From: Paludibacteraceae bacterium
Lineage (GTDB): Bacteria > Bacteroidota > Bacteroidia > Bacteroidales > Paludibacteraceae
Length of the DNA stretch: 53,870 bases
Assembly (NCBI GenBank): GCA_024401615.1
Contig: JAKSKS010000001.1
Location: 1-53,870 of the forward strand
Direction: 5' to 3'
Shown: positions 1 through 12,300 of the stretch, in pieces
Position numbering within the stretch: the first letter of the stretch is position 1
Layout: each line of letters begins with the position of its first letter
Program-made: the position numbers and the translations under genes
Notes under the pieces: generated by a model
Told to the model about the DNA's origin: nothing
Database searches by the model: none
Seen by the model: only the letters and a program-made list of their open reading frames with translations

Positions 1-234
1 TATTCTAAAAATTCTTCTCGTTTATTATTATTTCCACAATTTTCTTGCGCTAAATCAAGATATTTATAAATATACTGATTGGGTTGTATATTTATGCTTA
101 AAAATTTAGTTTGTTAATCATAAATATGTGAATTTTGCTGATTTTTTTTAAAAATAATATGTTTCTCAGCATAAAAATCGATGTAAATGGAAGCATTAGT
201 TCTATAACAAATGTATAAAAATATGCATAAAGCT

Positions 235-265
235 TTTGCTATAAGCGTGTTTTTATCTATTTTTG
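235..265 (+). promoter_or_regulatory. Candidate Bacteroidota sigma-A promoter for giant gene 1
   Basis: TTTG at 235-238, a 19-nt spacer, then TATTTTTG at 258-265. This matches the Bacteroides-type consensus TTTG-N19-21-TAnnTTTG and lies ~125 nt upstream of the ATG at 390. Motif match only. Confidence 0.4.
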
Positions 266-389
266 TAGGAAATTGAGCCTTTAATAAACGTAGTTCTAGG
301 ATTTTATTGCAGTCAAAGTTTCTTTAATTCATTGATATAAACTTTTTTGCATTCCTTCTGGTTTGTTAAAGGGATAGGTATATTTTATT

Positions 390-3300
390 ATGAAGACAAA
401 AACCATTTTGCAATCTTTTGGTAAGGTAGGGTGTGCTTTAGCCCTATCGCTGTTGTCGTTTACAAATGCAGGCGCGGAAATTGTGGTTACAACTTCTGAT
501 GCTACTACAGGTGCATGCGTTGGTTCTGTTGTGCAAGTTAATGCGGCAGGGACCAATGATGACCTTTTGCAATATCAGTATCGCGAAGATGGTGGAGATT
601 GGAAAAATTTAGGTAGCCCTACGCGTTCTACTGTCAACATCTTGGAGAAAATGCCGAATTCTATGGTGTATTTCCGAGTGCTTGACCTTGAAAATAGTGC
701 CAATTCGTCAAATCCTGATGGTCAGTCTGTTGCTGTACGAACAGAAGGCTGTCCTGAAGAGTGTGTGACTTCTTCTTCTGGTGATTATATTCATGGTACT
801 GACTTTAACTTGAAGAATGGCTCTGGAACGCAAAAACCTGAAATCCCAGGTGGAATTGTACATGCTTTCGACAAGGGAGAGTCTCGATTAACTTTCACAA
901 AGAAAGATGTTAACTCTTATCATGTCTCTAATGATATGACTCAGGTTTTCCCTGACGGTGAAAAACCTAAGAACTACACTAGTGACAACTATTATTATAT
1001 GTATGACCCATATACTGAAAAGGGTAAGCCTTTCCAGTATACATTCCCATATAAACTTTGGCACGACAAACCATACACTTTCCGTATGGAGTTTTATCTG
1101 TTGTTCGATGGTTGTGGCATAGACCCAAGTGCGGCTGTTAAATTGGAAACTGGTCAAGGTAACTTCGGTTATCAGCAAGCCGATGTAAAGGTTTTCATTG
1201 ACGAAAATGATGAAATAGTCTCTAACACTACAACCGATGGAGAATCTTTTGGTCATGCTAAACTGTTTAGTGATGCTAGTTTGGTAGGTAATGCTAAGAA
1301 TAACCGTGATTACCTGAAAAATAAGTTGTTACGAGTAGAAGCGACTTTTTATGGCGTATTCCCTCATACCGGTAATAGTAAACTTGGTACTTGGAATGGT
1401 GATGCTGACTTTGGTATGTACCCGCTATTCGAGCAGTTCGGTTCATGTGTGAAAATGGCAATTGACTTCATTTCAGCTGAACTGCCATCTGTTTGTATTG
1501 CTAATAATTCTAAATGTAAGGGTGAGTCTATTGTTGTTAATGCTGCTGGTTTCCCTGAAGACGTTGTAAGCGGAAACAAGTACGAGTGGTATGAAAAAGT
1601 GAATGGTTCGTGGGTTAAGATGGAAGAACCTAGAATCAAACCTCTTAATGGACTTCAATCTATTAGTGTTCCTATTGACTATTTTGGTAAAAGGGAGTAT
1701 AAACTTTCTGCTACTACTACTAACCCTTTTATCGATAACAAAACAATCGAGGTCTTCTTCGAATTAGGCGGTAAGGATTGTGATCCTACTAAGCCTGATG
1801 GCATTGATGGTGATAACCAAATCTGTTATGACAAAAAGGCATCTCCTGCTGTTAAGACAAAATACGATGTCCACTCTCAAGATACTGACGATAATGTAAA
1901 CTATCGTTGGACTTTGACTAACAACGATACTAACGAAGAGTATCAAATTGGTAATGGTGTTTCTTCTGATTTGAAAGGCGATGTACTTTCTAATGCTTCT
2001 ACCAATCTTAGAATGCCTTCTATTTATGTGGCTTATCCAAAGGCTGGTCACTATACTTTGAAACTTGAAGTTTACAAGTCTACTGGTGTTGGTGGTCAGT
2101 TCGACAAGGTCACTAATGCAGACTATACAAAGACGCTGAACATTACGGTTTACGATAAACCAACTGGAGATTTCCATATAGTAGATGATAGCAACAACCC
2201 TATAACTGAGTTGTGTCCATTCTCTTCTAATAAGTTGTTGGTTTCTGATGTCGATAATCCTAGTTTATACGATTATGTTTGGACAGGTGCTACTGAAACG
2301 GTTCCTGGTATTGCTAATGTAGACTTCTCTGGCAATCCTTGCGACATGAAGGGTAAAACATATTCTGTTACCCTTTCTGTTCAGTTAAAAGCTATGCCTA
2401 CTTGTGCAGCCGTTGTTACCAAACCTCTTGCTACAAATTTTGCACGTCCGGCTATTGATTGTGAAAGTTTGCGTGGTAAGTATGACATCAATTCTAAGGA
2501 TTATGTAGAATATATTGTTGAGTCTGCTCATAACTTCGAAGCCAGGGTCCCTTTGCGTAAACCGGCTTTGGTAGGTAACTCATGTAACAATAATCCTAAA
2601 GTCACTATTACAATTACAGGTAAGGATGTTGAAGGTAATACTGTTAATAAAACGATTGAAAAACAGTATGCGGATATGACAGATCTTAATACTTATATAG
2701 ATCTTCCACCTTCTGCTGGCAAAACTGGCGATAATGCTTATACTGTTACTTATACCGTTTCTAATGGTTGTGGTGGCACTAACGATGTTTCTGAACCTTG
2801 TTCGTTCAATGTTGTCATTCGTTACAACTACAATCCTAATGTAAATTGTAATAGTTTAACTCCTAAAATTCTGACAGGCTATCTTTCTGCATATGGTAGT
2901 GCTTGTTTGGCTACACCAGGTTCTGGTTCAGCAGTAATTCCAGGTCATAATCCATTACCTTTAATTTCAACACAGGTAATCAAGTTGACTGATACAAATT
3001 TGGGCGATGTGTTGCAAGGTGTTGTTGTTTCTGTAAATGCAGATGAAGCTCGTCCTGTTGGAAACTATACCGTTGTTTGGCGTTTTACTAATAGGGCTGG
3101 AAACTATGCGGATTGCGAACAGACTATTCAAGTAATAGACGATACCAAACCTATTGCAGACTGTCATACAACTGATGATGTAATAGAAATATCAACCGAC
3201 GCTGCTGCTTGTACCACGTCTGCTGCTTCTCTTTATGCTCAGTTAAAAGAATCTTTAGGTGGTGTTGAACCAACTGCAGTGCCTGCTTGTAATACATCTT

Positions 3301-6300
3301 CAGTTGAATTGATTTCTTCAAAGTATTATCAGTTAGAAGGTACTGATAAGTGGAATAAGTGGAGTGATGATGCTGTCTTCGAAAAGGGCAAATCTTATAC
3401 TATTCTTTGGACTTTTAAGAAGAAGATTATTACCAATGTTAGCGATGATTCTGTGGTTTGTAGGCAGAATGTTAAAATTGTTGATAACGAAAAACCTAAC
3501 ATTAGTTGTCAAGGCGCAGGTACATACGTGGTTACGGTTAACTATTGGAAGATGGGTACCGATATGTCCAATAATGAACCTGATATCTATGCTTCTGCTA
3601 CCGGAAATTCTGTTCCTAAAAAGGAATATACCTTAAAAGATATTTTCTACATTCCGACTGCTACTGATAACTGCGATGGAACATTGTATCCTTCTATTCG
3701 TATCGATACTTTGAATAGTGCAGGAGAAACCATTTCTAAGGTTATTACATCTTCTGATGAGACTCCTGTTGAGCAGTTAGATAAAATCAACCGTCATCGT
3801 TTCTATAAAGATAATGTTTATACGGTTGTTTACTTGTTTGTTGATGCTGCGGGTAATAGAGACTCATGTGTAACTCAGATTTCTGTTGTCGATCGTGACA
3901 AACCTGATGTTACTTGTTGGGATCCTGATATTATTCCTGCTCAGGCTGATGCTGATTGTAAGGCTGTTGTCGATAATTTCTCTTTCGACAATTTGGTGGG
4001 TTCGCTTGATAGGGAGTTTACCGATGGTCATTTGGCGCATATTAATATCAAGTCAACAACAACTAATCATGGTGTTACTACAACGTCTACTAAGATATTA
4101 AAGAATATCATGCCTTCTCGTATTACGAGGGTTCGTTATGAGTTGATTGGTAAAGATCAGTATAGTACAACTCCTATAGTTGAATGTGATAAGAACGTAT
4201 CAAAGGATAAACTATCGGATGGTACTTATATTGAAAAATATTCTAAGTGTATCTTGGAGAAAGGTGCTGGAAATTGTACAGAATATGTATATCTTTCATG
4301 TATTTCTGATGCCTCAAGTACTTCTTCTTCTAAGCGTAAGAAAGTTCACTATAAGGAATTATATGAAGGTTGTTTGTCTACAACTTTCAATTTGGGTAAA
4401 ACAATAATTACTTTCGCTTACGATAACGGTAAGGGTGATACTGCACGCTGTTTCGGAACTGTGCTTGTTGAGGACAAGACGAAACCTACTATCGATTGTG
4501 GTACAGATTATGCCATAACTAAAACATATCAATTGCCAGATGCTGACAATTGTGTGTTGCCTAAGGGACTTACTGAAATCAAGGTTCCAACACTTGATGA
4601 TTTAAGTGCAGAAGACAATTGTACTCCAAAGGAAAATTTGAAATTATCTATTGAAGTACACGGAGTCAAAGTTCCTGACGTTCCAGCAACTTTCCCTATT
4701 GGAACAACTGTTCTCAATTTTGTGGTTACCGATATTGCTGGCAATTCAAGTTATTGTACAAATACGATTACCGTTGAAGATAAAACAGCTCCAGATTGCG
4801 ATTATCTCGGTTTACAGAATATTGATGTCCCTGCTGATGAAAATTGTGAGGCATCTCCTGCATCTGTTTTCCCTGGTGGTTTCAATCCTCCAGCTGTTAA
4901 TAATGATTTGTGTTCCCCTGTTACCGATCAGGTTTTGCTAACTGCTGATGGTAAAATTAAGGGTGTTGGTACTCGTGATGATGGTAAGGAAATTTTCGAA
5001 GATTACTATCAGAAGTCTACAGTTATTACTTGGCAGTTTACCGATGCTGCTGGTAACTCTAGTTTCTGTTCACAAACCGTTACTGTTAACGATGAAACCG
5101 AGCCTAACCTCGTTTGTGAACCAAGAGATATTAAATATACTTTAAAGGCAACTGAATGTTTAGCTCCTTATGCAAGTGTTCAGTTGAAGCAACCAAAAAT
5201 TACAGATAACTGTTCTAACAAGTTCGATGTTTCATTCACTCGTCAGTATGTTTATGCTGATGGTTCTATGGGTGCAGTTGTTAGTGATAATGCTCATTTG
5301 GAGGATCCTTTCCGTCCTGGTACTACTATTATTGTATGGACTGTGAAAGACGAGGCTGGTAATCCTGCAACATGTTCTCAGAATATTATTGTTACCGACG
5401 AAAATCCGTTGAACTTTGATTGCCCTGATGATATCGATGATAATGCTCCTGAAGGCTCTTGTGAAAAGTCTTTGACTATCGATCCTTCAACGCCAGATTA
5501 TGTACGTAAGCACAAGTGTTATAATTACGATATTGTGCCTACTTTGACTAAACGTACATTTAACGGTGAGGTAGTAACTGCTAATCTCAATCCTGTTTAT
5601 GGTGTAGGTGTAACAGAACTTTATTGGATGTATCGCGACTCTTCTGGTAATGAACAGGAGTGCGTACAGACTATTACTATTCACGATAAAACAAAGCCAG
5701 AAGTAAAGTGTAAACCTGCTCAACTTTACACTGATTCTACTGGTAAGGGTTCGTGCGTGCTCGCAACCGGTACTCTGATTGACCATCTTGTTAAGAAGAA
5801 TTTGATTCCTTCTGCTACCGATGCTTGTCAAACTGAAACTCCTGAAATGACAGGTGAACGTTATTACCTTGGCCTCGATGCTAAGGGTACTCCTGTCCTT
5901 CAACGTGATGCTGATGGCAAAGTAATTCCATGGAACGAATCAACTGTTCCTTATAAGCCAGGTTACTATATTATTCGCTTTATCTTTACCGATAAGGAAG
6001 GTAATTCTGACTATTGCGAACAGGAAATCTTTATAAAGGACTCTAATGAGCCTAATATCGATTGTGATGCTTTCGCTCCAAGTAAACCTGTAAATCCTGC
6101 TAAGGATAAATGTGAGTTTGAAATTAAACTTTCAACTCTTGGTGCTACTGGTAATGCAACAGAGTCGTGCGACGATACAAAACCAATTACTGGTGTTCCT
6201 TATATTTTCGAAGGTGACATCTTGAGTGGTTCTATTGACGACTTGAAGCCATTTGAAACTACAACACTTTCTTCTGGTGAAAAACTGATTGTGGTTTGGA

Positions 6301-9300
6301 AGTTCACTTCTCACCACCAGGTTGATAAGTATTGTACTCAGATTATTTCAGTAGAAGACAAACAGGCTCCTACTTGTAATCCTGATCCAATTGTAGCTTT
6401 GACTGCTGATGACGCTACTGATTGTACTGCTGAAGTTCTTGTAGATCTCGAAAAACTTAATGCTAAAGACAATTGTGGAAACGATGGCATTAAGTATGAA
6501 TATAGTTTCAATGGAGGCGACTATCAGTTGGCTACCGGCTCGTTTAAGATTCAAGACGTAGAGGTTGGTACTTATACTATCGATTGGCGTCTGACCGACA
6601 AGTTCGGTGTTTCAGTTGGTGAGGATGCCGTTTCTTGTACTTCTTCCGTTACTGTTAAAGATAACACAATGGCTTCGTGTGACGACTACACTATGCCTGA
6701 TGTTCCAACATTAGATGACGCAACTGATTGTAAAGCTTCATTTACGCTTGCTTTGCCTACTGGTGTTACAGACAACTGTGCGAAGCCAGAAGATGTGACT
6801 TACGCTTATAAGTTCGATGATGAGGAGTTCGTTCCTATTTCAAAACCTAAGGTTTTAAATAATGTTTCTGTAGGTACTCATGTTATTACTTGGCGTTTGT
6901 TCGATGGAACAGTCTACAATGAGAATGGTTGTAAAACAACCGTTACCGTTGTCGACAAAACCGCTCCTACTTGTACCGACAAGGATATGGGCGAAATCAA
7001 GTCTGACCTTACTGCTTGTAGCACCGATGTTGAAATTAAGTTGACCGACATTGCTGCTACGGATAACTGCGGTAAACCTATTAAGTACAAGTATAAGTTC
7101 GACGACGACGCTACTTATACCGCTATTGCTGAAGACGAAAGCTTCAATTTTGAAGTTGGTCCTCACACTATTTACTGGCAGATTAGCGACGGTACTAACG
7201 AAAGTGACGAAGCTGCTTGTAAGACTACTTTCACTATTCTCGGCAACGTTCCTTTGAAGATTACTTGTGAAGACGATGCTCCTGAAAAGACTTTCAAGAC
7301 TGATGATTGCGGTCCTGTAGATATTTCTGCTATTGATGTTCCTCAGGCTACTGACCCTTGCTTCGGTAAGGTTGATGGTACTCCGAATATCGATCTTTCT
7401 AAGCCGCTTACTTTAGGTGACCATTCTATTGTCTGGACGTTCGTAAACCACGATAAGACTCAGACAACAACTTGTACCCAGACTATTCACGTGGTTACTA
7501 CTCAAAAGTTGATTATGGATTGTGAGTCTCCTGCGGCTCCGTTCAAGTTGACTGATGGTAACTGTATGATTAATGTTCCTCTCACACAGCGTTTGGCTGA
7601 AAACCCTTGTAACGATAAGGAAATTATTAAGGGTGAGGCTTACGTCTTTGGTGAGAAGGTTCTTCCTGCTGACTACAAGACACAGATGTTCCCTGCTGGT
7701 TCTTGGGATGTTATCTGGAAGTTCAAGAGCGTAACTAACACGCTCGAAACTTTCGAAGACCAGTGTAAGGAAACTATCATCGTTGACGATGAAAACGGTG
7801 CAACTCTTCCTTGTAAGGATGGAGAAAAGGTTGAAAAGACCATCGATGGTTGTGAGGTTGACGCTGCTGAACTCGACTTCAAGAATACCTCTGTTATTGC
7901 CGACGAAATTTGTTGGGATGGACACACCGTAACTCCTGATATTTGGCTTACCCCTAAGGAAGGTGATGATCCTGTTAAGGTTAACGACCCTAAGGATTTG
8001 GGTACTTTCCGTCCTGGTAAGTACGAAGTGACTTGGGAATATATCTTCCACCCAAGTGGTAAGGGTGAGTTGAAGGCTTATTGCCACCAGCCAATCGAAA
8101 TCATGACCACCAAAGAAATCGTAATCGATTGTGATGATCCTGAGTTCGCGGCTATCCCTAAGGATGCTAACGATAAGTGTGAGGTTCCTGCCGATGAGGT
8201 GACCTTCAACGCTCCTAATGCGACAAATCCTTGCGATGCTACCGTTTCTATCGCACCGCAGGCTTACATTGGCGACAAGAAGATTTCTGGTAATACATTT
8301 ACCGAAGCCTTCCCATTGGGTACCACTACCATTACTTGGAAGTATGTGGATGAGACTGGTACTTTGACCAACTCTGTTGCAACTTGTACACAAGATGTTG
8401 TTGTTACCGACAATACTAATCCTACCGTTACTTGTCAGGATGATATTACTTATTATCTTGGTCGTGACGTTGATGGTGTTCAGAGCGAATGTAATGCAAC
8501 TCCTGTTGCTATCGACTTGAAGCGACCTACTGTTGAAGACAACTGTACTTCTTCTGCCGAAGACTTCCGTTTCTGGTTGAAGCGTGAACTCAACGGTGTT
8601 GAAGTCGACAGCTTGGCTCCTTACGAACCTGGAACTACAGTTGTTACTTGGACAGTTAAAGACAAGGCGGGTAACGCTTCTACTTGTAGCATGAACGTAA
8701 TTGTTCTTGATACAGTTAGTCCTAAGCCTGTTTGTCCTGCCGATATGCCTAATATCGAGGCTCCAGAAGGCAAGTGCGAGGCCGAAATTCCTGCAATTTC
8801 GCCTGAAGCATACAAGTTTAAAGATAAGTGCGATACCGAGGAAATCATTCCTGTAGGTACTCGTAGCGACGATAAGGCTATTTCTGACCCTTATCCTGTT
8901 GGCACAACAACAATTACTTGGGTTTATACCGACTCTGTTAACAGTCTCCTCCCTGTAGGTGACCCTAACAGATACGAGTTTGTCTGCCGTCAGGTTATCA
9001 GCGTGGCTGATATCACCAAGCCTTTGGTTGATTGTTCTAACACTTCAACTCCTATTAACGAGGAAACTGTGGTAGGCGAGTGTGAAGTGCCTGCCGATAA
9101 GATCATCGACAAGATTACCCTCCCTACTGCTACTGATGCTTGTCAGACCGAGGCTCCAGTTATGACCTCTAACCGTTGGTATTTGGGTCGTGAAGGCGAT
9201 TCTATTCCAACCCGTAAGTTGAATGACGCTGACGAGGACATCAAGTGGAACGACGATGTTCCGTTCAAGGCTGGTTATTATGAAATCCACTTCATCTTCA

Positions 9301-12300
9301 CCGACAACTATGGCAATGCCGACAGCTGTAGCCAGAAAGTGTTCGTGAAGGATATGAATCCTCCTTATTTGAACGACTGTAAGGAAATCACCGATAAGGT
9401 GCTTAACCCAGAAAATGGCGAATGCGATGCCGCTATCGTTCCTGTAGAGCTTAACGCTTATAAGGGTAAGGAAGTTTGTACAGGTGAAGATATTGAAGGT
9501 GTTCCTTCATTGCTTGTTAAGGTCGACGACGAGTTCGTTGTCTCTACCGATCCAATCCCTGCTACTGTAACTTCTGGCGACAGCATCTACATCCGTTGGA
9601 CCTACACTTCTCAGATGGGTATTTCTGCTTACTGCGATCAGATGATTAAGGTGGTCGACAACCAGAAGCCTGTTATCAAGTGTGATATTTTGACTCCTCC
9701 TATCACTTTGACTGCTGATCCTGAAGAATGTTTCATCAGCGCTGCTAATGCGAACATTCAGGCTCCAACAGTTGAAGACAACTGTGGTACCATTACAGGT
9801 CGCCCTGTTCGTATCGATACTTTGACTAACTTGCCTAACGGTTTGACAATGGAAGACCCATATCCAACCGGTAAGTCTGTCATCCGTTGGTACTTTGTAG
9901 ACACCAACCCTGAAAATGCTGATTCTTGCGATCAGACCGTATTCGTAAAGGGTAGTGTTAAGCCAGAAATCGACTGCGACACTATTACAGGTGTTGTATT
10001 GCGCGATACTATTGAAACTTGCGACATTGCTGAACAGACGCTTAAGGTGAACATCCCTGTTGCTATCGACAAGTGTGCTCCTACCGAAGATATGAAGTCT
10101 GTAAACGGTGTTGGTGTCCGTAGCGACGGTAAAGAAATCAATGATTTGTATCCTTTGGGTATCACAACCATCACTTGGAGCTTTACCGACTTCACTGGCA
10201 ACGCCGTTGCAACTTGTACTCAAGATGTAAACATTGTAACAAAGCAGCGTCTCATCACCGATTGTGCTGACACTACCGCTGTTTACGATTTGGAAAAGGA
10301 TGAGTGCTTGAAGGATGTTACGCTCGACCAGCGCACTGCTAAGCATCCTTGTCCGGAGGCTGTTGCTGAAGCAGACCGTCAGTTCAATGGTGTGCCTTAC
10401 TTGAATGGTGCAACTGAACCTTTGACATCTCTCAACATTAAGTTGCCACAGGGTAAGCACTATGTAACTTGGGTATTCACCGATAACACCCACACATTGG
10501 CTGCTCCAATCGATTCTTGTATCGATTCTATCAAGGTGGGTAACGACAATGTTCCTCCTGTTCCTTGTGTGAACGATAGAATTGACACTACACTCCAGGA
10601 TCTCTGTGAACTTCCTGCTGCTAAGGTCGATTTGAAGAATACAGGTGTGGACGCACCTCAGCTTTGTGGTGACGATGGTGAAATGGTTACTCCTGAAATC
10701 TGGACTGCTAAGTTCCCAACACACGTTAACGATCCTGCCGATCTTCCTCCTTTCCATACTGGTGTCGACACCGTATTCTGGAAGTACGACTTCAACCCAG
10801 GCCACCAGGGCATCTTCACCGTATGGTGTAAGCAGGTGGTTGATGTGAAGACCGACAAGGGTATTGACCTTGCTTGTCCTGATTCTGCTGACAATGTAAT
10901 TACTGTAATTGCTCCAGAACATGCTTGTGAAGTTCCTGCCGACACTATTACCCTCAACCCTGTTGTTGGTAAGAACCCATGTATCGACACCGTATTCATC
11001 ACTGGTGTGCCTGACCGCGATACCACTTTGGCTTGGCCAATTGGTTTGACAACAATTACATATACTTATACTGATACAACTAAGACCCTCATCAACAATA
11101 TTGCTACTTGTAAGCAGTATGTCGATGTTAAGGATACTGCAAACCCTGACATCGATTGTGAGGCCCTCTATACCGGCATCAACCAAATTCTTGCTAATTG
11201 TAAGATTTCGGCAGACGAACTTGGTTTGCAGGGTATTGATGTTACCCAGTGCGGTTTCGTTATGACTCCAGTTCCTACCCGCTTCAGTGGTAAGGCGTTC
11301 ACCGACGATTATGTTGCTGGTAACGATACTGTATACTGGACTTACACTTACCAGCACAATGGTTTGACTACTGTATGTCCTCAGCCAGTCATCCTTCGCG
11401 ATACAACTCCTGTATTCGATTGTAAAGATTTGAATACAATCACACTCACTGCTCCTGAAGAGAAGTGTGTTATCGAGAAGTCGTTGGCTGAAGTGCTCGA
11501 TGCGCTTGAACCTTATCCAACAGCAATTGACCCTTGCGATGCCGCTAATCCAATTCCGGGTGTCTACAAGGTGGCTGGTGTTGATACACTTCCTACTCAG
11601 TTGACTGCTGGCGACACTATCCATGTGATTTGGTCGTTTGCCGATGCCGATCGTTTTGCCGATACTGCATTCTGCGACCAGTATGTAATCATCAAGGGTA
11701 ATGTTACTCCTGAAATTGATTGTGAAGTCGCTGCTCCTGCAATTAAGGATACTATCGACGATTGTGGTCCTGACCACGAGTTGAAGTTGCCTATTGTTAA
11801 GGCTTACGACCCTTGCTTCAGCGACTCAATTCCTGGTTCGTTCGTTCGCGACGATAACGAAGAAGAGTTAAATGCTCCATTCCAGTTGGGTCACACCAAT
11901 GTAACTTGGACATTCTGGAATGTGGACTCTACCAAGTCTAAGATTTGTGAACAGGATGTACACGTATATACAAGACGTGAAATTGAAAAGCCTTGCGACA
12001 CTGCTTCAATGCCTGTTGTAGAGGTTCCTGCTCCTGAAGATGCTTGTACTGTTCCTGCCGACGATGTGAAGCTTACTCCTGCATTCGCTATCAGCCCATG
12101 TACACGCGACACCATCTGGGGTGTTCCTACCCGTTTCGACGGTGAAGAGATGAATGCTCCTTATAAGATTGGTAAGACCATCATTATCTGGACATTCAAC
12201 GACGTTACCGATAACTTGGTGATCCAGTCTGATACTTGTCACCAAATTGTACGTGTAGGTTCTGTAGAGGTTGAGCCTGTTAAGTGCGACAGCTTCCCTG

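Noticed and set aside
329-556. A 75-aa minus-strand ORF across the start of gene 1.
   Set aside because: It is antisense to the signal-peptide region of a strongly supported CDS and has no independent support.
9507-11777. A 756-aa antisense ORF inside giant gene 1. Similar cases are 7413-8393 (326 aa), 14523-15140, 12534-13235, and in gene 2 20431-21552 (373 aa), 17404-18219 and 23890-24672.
   Set aside because: Where I checked the arithmetic, they are codon-aligned with the sense frame. For example, 9507-390 is divisible by 3, and the antisense stop at 9507-9509 is the sense Ser codon TCA. They therefore exist only because the sense genes almost never use TTA, CTA or TCA. The translations are low-complexity with no recognisable motifs, whereas the sense frame has strong repeated domain signatures. 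They are shadow ORFs.
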